A DNA stretch of 64,000 nt. Origin: Pseudovirgaria hyperparasitica (lineage: Eukaryota). The notes beneath the pieces were generated by a model. It was not told the origin of the DNA and made no database searches. It was given only the letters and a program-made list of their open reading frames with translations. The DNA lies in NCBI GenBank assembly GCA_010093815.1, contig ML996575.1; one strand, written 5' to 3'. Of the stretch, positions 11,262 through 25,417 are shown piece after piece. Position 1 is the first letter of the stretch. Every line of letters begins with the position of its first letter. The position numbers were made by a program, and so were the translations under genes.

Positions 11262-13353
11262 TTACTGGAAGCTCTTGGTGAAGCTTGTGATGAGTTCCTT
11301 CAGCTTGCCTTCCAGATCCTTGCTCAAGGCACCCTCCTTGTCAATCGTGGCCAAAAAGTCAGATTCGTTGCTCTTGAGATGGGCCAAGAAGTCGGACTCC
11401 CACTGCAGAATCTTGTTAACGGGTATGTTGTCCAAGTAACCGTTGATACCAGCATAGATGAGTGGCACCATCTCGTTAACGGCCATAGGAGAATATTGCT
11501 TCTGCTTGAGGAGCTCGGTCAAACGCTCACCACGAGACAGAGTCTGTTTGGTTGCAGCATCGAGATCAGAACCGAATTGAGCGAAGGCAGCGACTTCACG
11601 GTATTGAGCCAAGAAAAGCTTCAAGCTACCAGCGACCTGCTTCATGGCCTTCAATTGGGCCGAGGAACCGACACGTGAGACAGACAGACCGACGTTGATG
11701 GCTGGTCGGATACCCTTGTAGAAGAGCTCAGCCTCCAAGAAGATTTGACCGTCGGTGATGGAGATGACGTTGGTAGGAATGTAAGCGGACACGTCACCAC
11801 CCTGAGTCTCAATGATGGGCAGAGCAGTGAGAGATCCGCCACCGTGCTTGTCATTCATCTTGGCGGCACGCTCCAGCAGACGAGAGTGGAGGTAGAAGAC
11901 GTCACCGGGGTAGGCCTCACGACCAGGAGGACGACGGAGCAGAAGCGACATTTGACGGTAGGCGACGGCCTGCTTGGACAAATCATCAAAGATGATGACG
12001 GCGTGCTTTCCGTTGTCGCGGAACCCTGGGAAAAGTCAGTGTCAGAGAGCACATAGGTGTATTTACTGAGCCGTGGAGCGCTTTATGAAAGGGGCGCACT
12101 TACACTCTCCCATGGAGGTACCAGTGAATGGCGCGATGTATTGCAGAGGAGCGGCTTCAGAGGCAGTGGCGGCAACGACAATGGTGTACTTCATGGCGTC
12201 ATTCTCCTCAAGAGTCTTGACGAGCTGCGCGACGGTGGAACGCTTCTGACCAACAGCAACGTACACACAGTACAGCTTCTTGCTCTCGTCGTTGCCATCA
12301 TTCCATCGCTTCTGGTTCAACATGGCGTCAAGAGCAACGGCGGTCTTTCCAGTTTGACGATCACCAATAATCAGTTCACGTTGTCCACGACCAATGGGTA
12401 CCATGGCGTCGACGGATTTCAATCCAGTCTGCACAGGCTGGTTCACTGAGCGACGAGGCAGAATACCAGGGGCCTTGACTTGAGCACGGCGGCGCTCAGT
12501 GGTCTTGATGGGACCCTTTCCGTCGATGGGGTTACCGAGAGCATCGACAACGCGGCCAAGAAGCTCTGGACCGACACCAACGTCGACCTGGTTTTGTTTT
12601 AGAACTGTCTTTGACAAGCAAAAATGGTCTCAACTTACAATCTCACCGGTACGCTTGACCGTCTCGCCTTCCTTGACCAAACGATCAGAACCGAAGAGCA
12701 CGACACCGACCTGGCCGGCTTCCAAGTTCATACACATGCCCTTCACCCCTGAGGCGAACCTGTTGATCGTTATTACGCGCATCCTTGAAACACTATTCTC
12801 TCGAGACTACATACTCGACTAGCTCCTCGGCTTGTACGTTGGCCATACCATGGACACGAGCGATACCATCACTGTTTATCGACTGTTAGCGAGGCTCTGC
12901 CTTCACAAGTAATGTCCATGTTTCTAATTACCCGACTGAGAGGACACGGCCAGTTTCGGCGAGGGAAGCCTCCTCCTGGACACCACGAATCCGCTGTTCG
13001 AGGATAGAGGAGACCTCAGTAGGGGCAGCCTTCGCGTCGGAGGCATAGGATCGAAGTTGCTTTGATGCGGTGTTGAAAGTTGCCGGTGTTGACCGAGTCT
13101 GCGTGGTTGAAAAAATGTTAGCCCTCGGTATGAATAGGCCTGGTACAACCAGGACGAAGCTCAACAAAGCTCGAAACCTGCATCACCACGACTCTGAAAG
13201 CCTTGGAAAGTCTAGAGAGCAGCTTCGGAATGAAGCAATTGATGGAATTGATGCTGTGCCGGACTGATTGGGTTGACTGACAGATGCGATTCTGCTGGAT
13301 GCAGAAATTGCCGCGACCCGGCGGCCGGACTGGCGGATGGCTCTTGAGAACAT
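11262..13353 (-). CDS. ATP1: Mitochondrial F1Fo ATP synthase subunit alpha
   Basis: Presequence [24 protein letters not shown], then [13 protein letters not shown]-loop [32 protein letters not shown] and [13 protein letters not shown]. Several GT-AG introns. Confidence 0.98.
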
Positions 13354-14053
13354 GGTTCTTATGCTCAAGAGCTTTATGAGATAGCTTTGCTATCAATTGA
13401 TATCAAAGCTGAAGAGAGGAGGGGAGATTGGTGATTGATGCGATGAAAGCTCGGGGAGAGAAGAGGAGTTTGGCAAGTTCGACAGACTTGCACCTCGCCG
13501 GTGCTGACTAAACGCCCGTGCACTCAACCCTTTCGAATTTAGCTTAGCCCTCACATATGGGTAGATATCATGGTAATTATACCTGCTACCAAACCGCCTC
13601 GAAAAGGTGCAGAGATCTCATGTCTAAAGGCAGACTTTGAGCAATAATGTAAAATATCCTTCGTCGTCATCGCCTCGAACTTTATTGCTTATGTGAATGG
13701 CCTGATGCGAACGTGCGAGAATCCCGTCCTTCACGTGGAGAAGAAGTCTTCGAGTGGAATAAGAGTCCATTGCGATGATACCACTTTATCTTTGGGCCAG
13801 TTGTTGACCGGTCATCCTACTGCTTTGGGCTACCTAATGTACGTACGCAAATACACTTGGGCCTAACTATGTCGTGTGAATTGTGTGTGAGAGCGATAGA
13901 TATATTATGAACAGGTCCAATGTAAATCAAAGAACTCCATACGAATAACGCCTTGCTTCCTGCACACGCTCAGTTTCAGAATTATGATGGCAAATTATTG
14001 GTCAGTGAAAGTTATTGTCGCACTGCTTGCCATTGCCTTTGAAAAATATGGTA

Positions 14054-14790
14054 TCACGACTCTTTTTTCGTGTCGCCATTGGTTTGTGCACCTTTGTTCT
14101 TGAACTTGGCAACCTCTTCCTTGACACCTTGTTCCATGCGTGCCTTCAGTTCAGGGCGGTAACCAAAAGCAAAGAGGACCTCGAGCCAGACGAAGAGCGG
14201 CGCAAAGAACAGAGCTTGAACGAGATTATCCAGCAATGCGGGAGCACGTCCCTCGAATTTCCCGTGACCAATAAATTGAGCAATCCAAGAGAACACATGG
14301 ATCCCTATCGCCCAGTTGTTGACTGGTTGTCCCAATCTCTCCACCAGATGAGCTCCATATGCGGTACAGCCCAAGATGAGAGGGGCGATGAGACCTCCAG
14401 CCACTGGTTCCAGCAGTATAAACAGAATAGCATAGAGAAATGCTGCGATAGTCCCGATATTGATCGGGAAATACGGTATCGAGAAGGCAGCAGGAATTTC
14501 GAGGTTGGGTGAGTTGGTCGCCTTTGTAGTATCAGCAAGCAGTATCAATTTCCATGAAGTTTAGCTTACCAAGACCAATGCAGACAATAGGATCATTGGT
14601 ACGCATACGATATGGATCCCGATATTCACCTGTAGGTGTGGGTGTCAGATCAAGGTAGCAGGGTGTCTTCGGACACTTACAGGATCCCTATGGTAAGCAC
14701 CGTACTAGGACAGTCAGCATTTTGAGATCGATACTAGAGCAATGTTGAGGTACGTACAAAGCGCAAATGGTGTTCTAGGTTGAGCGCCAT
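14054..14790 (-). CDS. MPO1: Mpo1-like (DUF962) ER membrane protein, 4 exons
   Basis: Spliced MALNLEHHLRF|YGAYHRDP|VNIGIHIVCVPMILL...SWIAQFIGHGKFEGRAPALLDNLVQALFFAPLFVWLE; C-terminal KKES dilysine-type ER signal. Confidence 0.9.
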
Positions 14791-15381
14791 AGCTTGTTAC
14801 AGAAGACGGCGTTGAAACGTTCAAGCAGGATGTTGCAATGGAGACAGAACCATCCTTCGTCAACCAGTGAAGTTCGATGTACAGGTAACGCGTTATTTGA
14901 CAAGAAGCGAGATGCGCCCCGCTCAAAAGTTGAGCTGGCAGTGGACGTCTGAATGGATCATAAGAACAGGAGCTGCCACCGAGGACGGTGGGGGCCGCCT
15001 GCCGAGGATGGATTTTATTGGCCTTATCCGGTCGCTGTTGCTGCCTGGGATCCTGTACGTGCGCCCGGCGTCACGTCGGAGCCGTGTGATTAATCATAAG
15101 CTACGTCGACGCGTCTAGTAGCATGCGACCTGCAGCTGTCAGTGCGGGCGACTTCGGATTCGAAAAGATCCTGTCGCAACACAAACGAACGATTCTGTCC
15201 CAAGCACCGACGCTCGAATGCCAGCTAGTTGCTTGATTGGCACCATTCCTTCATAGCGAGTGGCGACGAAACATTGGATACTGTGTCGGCGCAAGACAGA
15301 AAGAGAGTGGAAGAGGTGCGCGCGAGGCTTGCAAACAAATAAGAAGCTATCACAGTTTGCCTAGAGTGGCCTTTGCCCATA

Positions 15382-16103
15382 ATGTTTTTCCTACATGAAC
15401 TCGAGCAGACGATATTCCTTCATCCTTCCTTCTTCGGTCCTCGAATCAATGACTACATTGAGCGCCAACTCATCAATGATCTGGAGGGTACTTTCAACGG
15501 TCGATACTTCATAGTGTGCATTCTGAGTGCTTTCGAAATGTCAGAGGGCCGTGTTGTACCTGGAACCGCCCAAGCTGAATACACTGTACACTACAAAGCT
15601 GTCGTGTGGAGACCATTTCGAGGAGAAGTGGTATGTATATGCTGCTGCCAAATACCAGAAATATTATTTTTAATTCATCTCAAAGCTCGACGGTCTTGTA
15701 GAAACAGTTACAGAAGCCGGGTTTTTTGTGGATGTAGGACCGTTGAGCGTCTTCATCTCCCAGCAAGTAAGCTAGAAGCGATTTTGCTGTGGTTCATGCT
15801 GAGCACTTTTTAGATGATTCCCAAGGAGATCAAGTACGACGGAAATGCAACGCCAGCTCAGTGGACGGACAACGGTGACCAAGTCATCGAGAAAGGTACT
15901 CAAGTAAGACTGAAAGTGAAGGGCACAAGAGGGGAGGCCGAAAAAATGTTCGCGATTGCAACGATAAAAGAGGTAAGCTTGGTCATCATTGCAATTTCGT
16001 TACGAATGCTAAATAACAATCTAGGATTATCTGGGGTATGTAGGCTCTTGATCACATACGTTCACAGCTGACTGAACATCCTAGACCACTACCGGCAGTA
16101 TAG
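15382..16103 (+). CDS. RPB7: RNA polymerase II subunit RPB7, 5 exons
   Basis: MFFLHELEQTIFLHPSFFGP...YKAVVWRPFRGEV|LDGLVETV...VGPLSVFIS...IEKGTQVRLKVKG...FAIATIKE|DYLG|PLPAV*. Includes an 11-nt micro-exon at 16025-16035. Confidence 0.93.
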
Positions 16104-16857
16104 GAAGACAGGATATACCGCCAATCCCGGAACATAAACAGTTCATGCTAATTTTCAGGTGAAACATCAGCCGCATGGCTTCTGTCACAGGCAGGACGCT
16201 TTCACAGCCCCCAGACTAGAAAGTCACATTTGTTGCGCACAACTACTGAATCCAGTGTGCATTGGCTTGATGCAACAAGGGGCTCATAGGTTCAGGCAAG
16301 CATGAAGCCTTGAAATACCTTAATGGAAGTGTGACTTGGTCTAACCAAAATTTGAATGCTCGAAGCAAGCATCTACATGTGTAAAATAGCAAATATAATG
16401 CGAAGCTGTTCTTCGCCATATGGATCTACCTTGATGAAGGTTCACGTAGTACTACATGTAAGGTTGTCATTCCTTATAGCATAAGCTGAAATCAATGGCA
16501 ATGACGTAACTATACAATCAAACCTTTTAACAGGGCGATACGAAGACAAAAGACCATGTCCATAAGATAGTACGGAATATGTACATCTATCGGAGTGACG
16601 AATTATGTGGAACCGAATTCATTGTGATTGGTAGGTGTAGTGCCAAGCTCCACCCCGGTGTAGATCGACATGCAATGAACGGACAGGGTCCCCAACTGCA
16701 TCCCGAACCGCGAATACGTTCGTACATCCAAGTTGACAATGATTGCAATATCAGACGAGGCGATCGAGAACACCATAATGCTACAGTAAATCCCAAGCAA
16801 TTTTCAGACTGCTCCTAAACGCCCGCCGGCTGATTATTCTTCACAACCACGTCCACA

Positions 16858-19693
16858 ATGGCACCTAAGGAACGACTCATCCAAGATGAGACTGAACCCC
16901 TGACCAATGATGATATTGAGTCGCGCTCTTCATTGGACGACGGCTGCCTCTCCTTCTCCTCCGCATCTACCACGTCACTCATACTGGAACACATAAATGA
17001 CCAGACCAATATGCCTAAAGCTAAGACGGAAGGAAGTCGATATCGAGATGAGGATGGTACGTCACCACACAAGGAAGAAATTGATGTTGAAGAGGGAAGG
17101 GGATACTATGGCACAAGTAAGCCGGTAGATAAGAAAGCTCGGAGTGTTCTATGGATGCTGGGAGTGGTCTGCCTCGTAGGATGGGCCCTCGCTCTACTCA
17201 TGTTCGTTTGGGGAGGGTCTTACAAACACTCCTCGACGAGGCCACACGATCCTCTAGCCACCGCGTCCCGGGGGTCTGGGAAGAAAGTCACACTTGATGA
17301 GGTCCAGGGCGGGGCGTGGAGGGCTAAGAAGAAAGGTATTTCATGGATCGCTGGCGCACAAGGCGAGGATGGTTATGTTCTAGAAGAATCAATTCCTGGC
17401 AAGCCATTCCTCGTAGTTGAAGATGTCAAGAACATTGGAATGAAAGAAGTATCAGATAAGGGCAAGGTCCTGATGAAGCAGGGTGGATTCATGGTTGGCG
17501 AGAAATGGGTATATCCGAACGATCTTTGGCCAAGTCCCGATCTCACAAAGGTTCTTATCATGTCGGACAGGGAGAAGAACTGGAGACATTCTTCCCAAGG
17601 GTTGTTCTGGATATTCGACGTCGAGAAGCAAAGTGGCGAGCCTGTAGATCCTTCTACCCCAGATCAGAAGATGCAACTAGTCTCGTGGTCACCACAGTCC
17701 GATGCCCTGGTATTTACCCGGGAAAACAATATGTACATCCGCAAGCTCACCGGACCCTCGGACATACCCATTCAAATAACTCAAGATGGCGGTCCGGAGC
17801 TGTTTTATGGAGTACCTGATTGGGTATACGAGGAAGAAGTCTTCTCTGGTAACAGCGCGACCTGGTGGTCTGAAGATGGTGAATATGTCGCATTCCTACG
17901 GACCAACGAATCAGCTGTACCTACATTCCCAGTACAATATTTCCTCTCTCGACCAAGCGGCCATAACCCACCAGAAGGCCTAGAGAACTATCCCGAAGTG
18001 CGCGATATCAAGTATCCGAAGGCCGGTGCCCCCAATCCAATCGTCAACATGCAGTTCTACGATGTTGCAAAGAATGAGGTATTCTCTGTTAACATCACGG
18101 AAGATTTTGCAGATGATACTCGCCTCATCACTGAGGTTGTCTGGGCAGGCCGCACGAAGCAAGTCCTCGTAAGAGAAACGAATCGCGAAAGTGACCTTCT
18201 CAAGCTAGTTTTGATTGACGTAGTAGGACGTAGTGGTAAGACGATAAGAACTCAAGACATCAATGCACTTGATGGGGGTTGGATGGAAGTGTCTCAAGAC
18301 ACTACCTTTATACCTGCTGATCCAAAGAACGGCCGAGAACACGATGGTTATATCGACACAGTTGTACATGACGGGTATGATCACTTGGGCTACTTTACTC
18401 CGCTTGACAATCCAGACCCTATCCTGCTCACCTCTGGAGATTGGGAGGTCGTGGACGCGCCCTCAGCAGTTGATTTGAAGAATAATTTCGTTTACTTTGT
18501 CTCCACACAAGTCAGCTCAATGGAGCGCCATGTATACCGTGTAAAATTCGATGGGACTGGCCTCGCAGCGATCACAGATACAGGAAAAGAAGGCTACTAC
18601 GAAGTGTCTTTCTCGAAAGGTGCCGGTTATGCGCTTCTCTCATATGACGGGCCGAACATCCCCTGGCAGAAGATCATCAACACCCCTAGCAACGAGGACA
18701 GCTTAGAGTTGAAGATTGAGAGTAACGAAGACCTTGAAAAACTTGCACGATCACACGAGCTCCCACTTCTAGTATACTCGAGCGTGGCTGTGGATGACGT
18801 TGAGGTGAATGTCTTAGAAAGACGTCCGGCCCATTTTGATAAGAAGAGGAAATACCCAGTCTTGTTTCAACAATATAGCGGTCCAGGGTCCCAGTCCGTT
18901 CATAAAAAATTCGCAGTCGACTTTCAGTCATACGTTGCCTCCAGCCTGGGCTATATTGTGGTCACCGTTGACCCTAGAGGTACTGGCTTTAAAGGTAGAA
19001 AATTTAGATGCATAACCAGAGGCGATCTTGGACAATGGGAAGCACACGACCACATTGCGGTGGCTAAAGAATTTGCGAAGAGGAAGTACATTGACGAAGA
19101 CCGTATTGCGATGTGGGGGTGGAGTTATGGTGGCTTCCAGACATTGAAAACATTGGAAGTCGATGCTGGAGAGACCTTTCATTACGGCATGGCCGTAGCA
19201 CCTGTGGTCGACTGGAGGTTTTACGGTACGGCTACTCGCATACTATTATTGCCACTTGTGCTAATGTCAGACAGACTCAATATACACTGAGCGGTATATG
19301 CACACTCCCCAGAACAACGCGCAAGGATTTGACAACTCATCCATCCACAACCCGGAAGCATTGGGCCAGAATATCCGTTTCCTTGTTATGCATGGTGCAT
19401 CCGATGATAACGTACACCTGCAGAACACGTTGACGTTACTCGACAAGCTTGACATGAAGGGCGTCGAGAACTATGACGTGCACTTCTTTCCTGACTCGGA
19501 TCATAGTATTTACTTCCACAATGCTAACAGAATGGTGTACGATAGTAAGTGATATCTGTGACTTTCATTTGACCTTATTAACAAAGTCACAGAACTCAGC
19601 AACTGGCTCGTCAATGCCTTCAATGGCGAATGGCTCAAAGTTGACCAACCCGTTCCTAAGGCACAGATTGATGCTAGGGTACGTCTTCGGTGA
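16858..19693 (+). CDS. dapB: Dipeptidyl aminopeptidase B (peptidase S9B, DPP-IV family), type II membrane protein, 3 exons
   Basis: N-terminal TM helix ([22 protein letters not shown]), [16 protein letters not shown] and catalytic motifs GWSYGG, DDNVH, DSDH. Ends ...DARVRLR* at 19693. Confidence 0.95.
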
Positions 19694-20070
19694 GGTGTTT
19701 CTCTCGGCCTTTTCGCATTTCAAGGTGTACGGTACATGCATGTCAGCGCACTTTGGGTAAACGTGGTATTTTAACATTGGCTTCATATACTTGATTGTAT
19801 AGTAGTATGCGGTGCCCCTACAATAATCTCGCTATCACTTATCTGGTCGTCTATTCCTCGTCGAGTTGATGTCTTCCTCATTTGGAAAAGCTGTGGCCCG
19901 TTGGCTTAATATTGCAACGTTCGATCAATCCCGTCGAATTCTTTTGCGAAATGGCTAGTACCAATCGTGCTTTTTATACTCCGCGAATTTGTGCCAGTTG
20001 TGAAGTAAGAGGGGGCTTACGTAGTTGAAAATCTGTACATGAACCGAATGTCGGAGTCAGAATGATTGCT

Positions 20071-20634
20071 CTAGTCGACCGGGTTCGCAGGTCCTCCTGT
20101 CTGGCCCAACACACCACCAACATCGACACCCTCCGCTCTCTGCTCCTTCATGGCCTCCCTCGCCGGCGCCTGCTCAGCTTTCTTCCTGTTCTACCATTAG
20201 CAATGCCACAGCCCATCACAACCGCAGACCTACCGATCAAGACCACTCGCCAAATCAATCTGCTCTCCACTGCCTCCCTTCCCCTTCGCATTACCCACTA
20301 CTGCATCTCTGACTCTACCCTCCCCCGGAGCACTCATCTGCTCGCCATCAAGCTCATTATGTCTGCCTACATCCTCCTCTGTACGCCCATATTTCTCTTC
20401 GCCAGCTGGCGCACCGTGGATGCCGCGGCCCAGACTGCTGCTTGTTGGGTTCCCGCGCGGTTGGTCATGCGCATCGCGCTCTTCTGTGACCGTGGATTCG
20501 TTTGCGGCGCTCTTCTGGTGAGCAGCGTGTGAGTCTTCGCTCTTGGATGTGGTGGCGGGATTACCAGAGGTGCTATAGGCTTGATCGAGGGTGGGTTGCG
20601 AGGAGCCGGAGGGGTCGAGGGCGTTGGAGGACAT
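20071..20634 (-). CDS. Small Gly/Glu-rich hydrophilin-like conserved fungal protein, 2 exons
   Basis: MSSNALDPSGSSQPTLDQAYSTSGNPA...EQMSAPGEGRVRDAV...DLASGLDR, intron GTAGGT...GCTAAT...CAG, then KKAEQAPAREAMKEQRAEGVDVGGVLGQTGGPANPVD*. Confidence 0.75.
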
Positions 20635-21175
20635 TATAGTAAATAGAATTCGAGCTTTGCGTGAAGTAGAGAGGATTTGGCGAAGTGGACAGGAGCTTTG
20701 GGTTAGGTATGGGAAATGTCAATTGGCATACCAATGTGCATTTCAACACGATGACGTCGGCGGGGCAGGTTGGAGGAGACGCAGACATGGATGGTACGAC
20801 TAGTCATGACATATTCTTGTGTATGTAGCCACTCGAGATGTGTGGATACAGCGACTACGCGTCATCAAGATGTATGGCATTCGGAGGTTAGTGGTATTGT
20901 CATGTGTCAGGAACGCTGATCTGCAAACAGCATGCCCAATCGCGTCCTGAACTCCAGTATGTTCAATGATCTTTCTTATAATTTAACGAGCCCGCTATTG
21001 GAGCTCCACTCAGCACAGCTATTCTCAGTCCATGTAGTGTCGAGCTGTGCTTGAGCTCCGAACGCAAATATGGCAAGCTCAATACCGGAATCTGCCCAAT
21101 GCTATCCTGAACTCCAGAGCTTTTTGCTCGCTTGAAACGCCACCGCTATGCTTGAACACCATTCGACTAACCGCA

Positions 21176-22097
21176 TCATGACACAGTCATATCCCGATCT
21201 TTCAAAGGTACATCTTCTGATTCTGACGAAAGTGGTGAGCTCGACAAACGACCATTAGCCGTGGGACTTGTTGTCCCCGCGACATCGCCCTCCATTGGTC
21301 CCGTATTCCGAATAAAATCGACAGATTCATCGTCCATATCTACGTCCTCGCTGGCATCCGTTTCAGCTATTTTGCCCGTAGCAACAGACTGTCGAGCTGC
21401 TTGCTCTTGCACTTGGGCGATCCAATCGCGGATCGATTCGATAGGTCCGCCTTCGATCTTGATAGGCTTCTCGTCCGCGGGCTTGCCTAGGATTGTACCC
21501 TGGAAACGTGTTTCTTCGCCAGTCTTGCTGTGCTTCTTCTTGAGGGCTAGAGATAGATTCAGTCCGCAATTACTTTGAAACGCTCCTATCATGAAAATGC
21601 TTACCTGTTAGGTAATCCTCGAGCTCTTCTTGCACTTCTTGTTCAACAGTGGGGCCTCCTTCTCCTTCGGACGACAGGCCTGCTATTCGCCTTATCTCCA
21701 TATTTTTCTTCCCACCGACCCATTCAATGAAAGCTCTAACATCGCGCGTGTCTTCAGCATCTCGTCTTTGCCTTTCTTTGTCTCTAATCCTATCAGGGTA
21801 TTCCTGTAAAGGTTTACGCAGTCTTTCAGACCACTCTTCCTCAGCAGCGGTCATACTGGGTATCAGCAAGCCGCATTCCTGCATAGCCATCCGCACATCC
21901 GTGATATCAGGTTCGGGTGTATTGTGGTTTGAGTAAGCATTTTGTTGTGTCCGAGAGGCGAGCAAAATGAGATAGCGTACAGCTATGTCGGTGAGGGTAT
22001 CAATGACAGAGGGTCGCGCTGCGTGATAGCCTGTTGCGCGCAAAATATGGAGGACAGCGGGACGGAGGAGAGCATTGTGGAGCTGTTGAGGCGACAT
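21176..22097 (-). CDS. Bromodomain-associated (BTP) histone-fold protein, TAF3-like, 2 exons
   Basis: LHNALLRPAVLHILRATGYHAARPSVIDTLTDIAVRYLILLA...DITDVRMAM is a BTP histone fold. One intron joins EDYLT|ALKKKHSKTGEETRFQGT. Confidence 0.82.
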
Positions 22098-22417
22098 GGT
22101 GCGCGCTCTCCCTCTCGAATGACAATTATCTCAATTCATATGAGTGAGGAAAGGACATTTCCACAAAGGAAGTAAGGTAGCCTGTGGGATAATTAGCAAC
22201 TAGAATCGTTGCGACAGTTTTGTTTGCGGCGGGGAGCTACCCTTGCCGCGCTTTCACTTCACAGTTCCCGAAGTTATACCGACGGAGTAATATCTTGGTG
22301 GCCGCAACGTTACTGACCTTAGACGCTCGTTGTGCAGGCTTATTGCATAAGAGTATGTTAGTCCAGTAACAGAATCGACGACACGCGCCTGTTAATTCTG
22401 GCCATCGAGCTTGAAGA

Positions 22418-25417
22418 ATGTCGCGGGAGCATAGCCCAAAGAGGCGCAAGCTTGACAATGACCGTACCTCGATGCCTTCACGTCCTTGGACCTCACGCCC
22501 AGCACTTAATGGATCACAGTGGCGGGACTCATCAAACTCATCGCGAGCAGTAACCCCTCGCTTCGACGGTAGAAGCGGTGTCTCGACCCCCAGGCAGAAA
22601 GAATTTGATGGCCCGGAGCCATCAGTAGACATAGATGATTCCAATGCACTGGATAGAGACTGGTACGGCGGCGATGAGGAGGGTCACACTCTAGGTGATG
22701 ACTCCCACAACCCTTTCGGAGGAGCAGACAGCACATGGCTTGAGCAAGAGCGGGAAGCCGCTATGGCAGAGAAGAAAAAGAACACGCGGGTGAATGCAAG
22801 ATTGGTACAGAGACAGAAAGACAATGATGCTTGGGAGACAAATCGTATGCTGACGTCTGGCATTGCCCAACGGAGAGATCTGGGCGCAGATTTTGAAGAT
22901 GACGATGACTCGACACGAGTGCATGTTATCGTACATGATCTCAAGCCACCATTTCTGGATGGCAGAACTATCTTCACAAAGCAACTAGACCCGGTACCGG
23001 CTGTCAGAGACCCGCAAAGTGATATGGCGGTCTTCAGTCGCAAAGGAAGCCGCGTAGTCAAGGAAAAGAGACAACAGAAAGAGCGACAGAAACAAGCACA
23101 AGAGGCCGTAAAGGTTTCTGGCACCGCGCTGGGCAACGTCATGGGAGTCAAAGACGATGAAGGGGATAGTGCGGCTCCTGTTGTCCAGGAAGAAGAGCAC
23201 CAAAGGAAAGGAGGCAGCAGATTCGCTGAGCATCTGAAGAGCAATGCGGGACAAAGTAATTTCAGTCAAAGCAAGACGATGCGAGAACAGCGACAATACC
23301 TCCCAGCTTTCGCAGTCCGAGAACGTTTACTGGAGGTTATCCACGACAACCAGGTCATTATTGTAGTTGGTGAGACAGGTTCTGGTAAAACAACTCAACT
23401 AACGCAGTTCCTGCTTGAGGCTGGATATGGCCAGAAAGGTCTCATTGGATGTACGCAACCTCGACGTGTTGCTGCCATGAGTGTAGCGAAACGTGTCAGT
23501 GAAGAGATGGAGGTAAAGCTAGGAGGCTTAGTCGGATATGCCATCCGGTTTGAGGATTGCACGTCAAAAGACACAAAGATCAAGTACATGACTGACGGAG
23601 TCTTACTTCGAGAATCGCTTGTGGATCCCGATCTCGACAAATACTCCTGCATCATCATGGACGAAGCACACGAGCGTGCGTTGAATACGGACGTTCTCAT
23701 GGGATTGTTCAAAAAGCTGCTTTCGAGGCGCCGCGATCTCAAGCTCATCGTCACTTCTGCCACAATGAACTCTGCTCGATTCTCGAACTTTTACAGCGGA
23801 GCGCCCGAATTTATCATACCTGGAAGAACATTTCCCGTAGATAAGCAATTTTCGAGATCACCATGTGAGGACTACGTCGACGCGGCTGTACGACAAGTGT
23901 TGGCCATCCATGTCTCACAAGGCCCAGGCGATATCCTTGTGTTCATGACGGGCCAGGAAGACATCGAGATCACCTGTGAGCTAGTAGGAGAGAGGCTGAA
24001 GCTTCTGAATGATCCTCCAGAGCTCAGTATCCTCCCTATATACAGCCAGATGCCGGCAGACTTGCAAGCGAAGATCTTCGAAAAGGCAGCTCCAGGTGTG
24101 CGGAAAGTCATTGTAGCTACTAATATCGCTGAGACGAGTCTAACAGTCGATGGTATTATGTATGTTGTTGACACAGGGTTCTCTAAGCTAAAGGTTTACA
24201 ATCCGCGGATGGGCATGGACGCTTTACAGATTACCCCTATCTCCCAAGCAAACGCCTCACAAAGAGCTGGTCGCGCTGGAAGAACAGGACCCGGGAAATG
24301 TTTCTTCCTTTATACAGAACGGGCTTTCCGTGATGAATTCTATATCCAGACCATACCTGAGATTCAAAGAACAAATCTGGCCAATACAGTACTTCTCTTG
24401 AAGTCACTAGGGGTCAGAGATCTACTAGACTTCGACTTCATGGACCCACCACCTCAAGAAACTATATCAACCTCGCTATTCGACCTTTGGGCTTTGGGCG
24501 CTGTCGACAACATTGGCGATCTCACCGAAATTGGCAAACGTATGACGGCATTCCCTATGGATCCTTCTCTAGCCAAGCTCATCATCACCTCTGTGGAGTA
24601 CGGTTGTAGCGAAGAAGTCCTAACCATCGTGGCCATGCTTTCCGTTCCCAGCGTCTTCTACCGACCCAAAGAACGCCTCGAAGAATCCGACGCCGCCCGC
24701 GAAAAGTTCTTCGTTCCCGAATCCGACCACCTCACCCTCCTACACGTGTACAGCCAATGGCGCAGCAACGGCTTCTCAGACGGCTGGTGCATCCGCCACT
24801 TCCTTCACCCCAAAGCCCTCCGCCGCGCAAAGGAGATCCGCGACCAGATCGCCGACATCATGAAGCTCCAGAAAATGGCCACTCTCAGCTGCGGCACGGA
24901 CTGGGACATCATCCGCAAATGCATCTGCTCCGGCTACTACCACCAGGCTGCAAAGGCGAAGGGCATCGGCGAATACATCAATCTGCGCACCAGCGTCACT
25001 ATCCAGCTGCATCCCACCAGCGCTCTCTACGGCCTGGGCTTCCTGCCTGACTACGTCGTCTATCACGAGCTTATCCTCACTTCCAAGGAATACATGTCCT
25101 GTGTCACCGCCGTTGATCCGCACTGGCTTGCCGACCTTGGCGGTGTGTTTTACTCCATTAAAGAAAAGGGCTATTCGGCGCGCGACAAGCGCGTCACTGA
25201 GACGGAGTTCAACAAGAAGGCTGAGCTGGAAGCTCAGATGGCACTCGACCGCGAGCGCGAGGCGAAGAGGCTGGAACACGAAAACAGTCTGCTCACACCG
25301 TCGACGGTAGCGACGGTGCCGCTGAAGAAGGCCTCAGCGGCGTCGGCGTCAACGGTGGTGCAGAGGCAGGGCGTCGTGAGAAAGCCGATTAGACCAAAAT
25401 CTGGAAGAGGATTCTAA
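22418..25417 (+). CDS. PRP16: Pre-mRNA splicing DEAH-box RNA helicase PRP16
   Basis: 999-aa intronless ORF with [39 protein letters not shown] and HA2/OB-fold C-terminal regions. Confidence 0.96.
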   Translation: MSREHSPKRRKLDNDRTSMPSRPWTSRPALNGSQWRDSSNSSRAVTPRFDGRSGVSTPRQKEFDGPEPSVDIDDSNALDRDWYGGDEEGHTLGDDSHNPFGGADSTWLEQEREAAMAEKKKNTRVNARLVQRQKDNDAWETNRMLTSGIAQRRDLGADFEDDDDSTRVHVIVHDLKPPFLDGRTIFTKQLDPVPAVRDPQSDMAVFSRKGSRVVKEKRQQKERQKQAQEAVKVSGTALGNVMGVKDDEGDSAAPVVQEEEHQRKGGSRFAEHLKSNAGQSNFSQSKTMREQRQYLPAFAVRERLLEVIHDNQVIIVVGETGSGKTTQLTQFLLEAGYGQKGLIGCTQPRRVAAMSVAKRVSEEMEVKLGGLVGYAIRFEDCTSKDTKIKYMTDGVLLRESLVDPDLDKYSCIIMDEAHERALNTDVLMGLFKKLLSRRRDLKLIVTSATMNSARFSNFYSGAPEFIIPGRTFPVDKQFSRSPCEDYVDAAVRQVLAIHVSQGPGDILVFMTGQEDIEITCELVGERLKLLNDPPELSILPIYSQMPADLQAKIFEKAAPGVRKVIVATNIAETSLTVDGIMYVVDTGFSKLKVYNPRMGMDALQITPISQANASQRAGRAGRTGPGKCFFLYTERAFRDEFYIQTIPEIQRTNLANTVLLLKSLGVRDLLDFDFMDPPPQETISTSLFDLWALGAVDNIGDLTEIGKRMTAFPMDPSLAKLIITSVEYGCSEEVLTIVAMLSVPSVFYRPKERLEESDAAREKFFVPESDHLTLLHVYSQWRSNGFSDGWCIRHFLHPKALRRAKEIRDQIADIMKLQKMATLSCGTDWDIIRKCICSGYYHQAAKAKGIGEYINLRTSVTIQLHPTSALYGLGFLPDYVVYHELILTSKEYMSCVTAVDPHWLADLGGVFYSIKEKGYSARDKRVTETEFNKKAELEAQMALDREREAKRLEHENSLLTPSTVATVPLKKASAASASTVVQRQGVVRKPIRPKSGRGF

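Noticed and set aside
19698..19740. U2 snRNA-like start (TCTCGGCCTTTT...TCAAG.TGTA)
   Set aside because: The branch-recognition sequence GTAGTA and the rest of U2 are absent, and it lies directly in the dapB 3' UTR. Probably a chance match.
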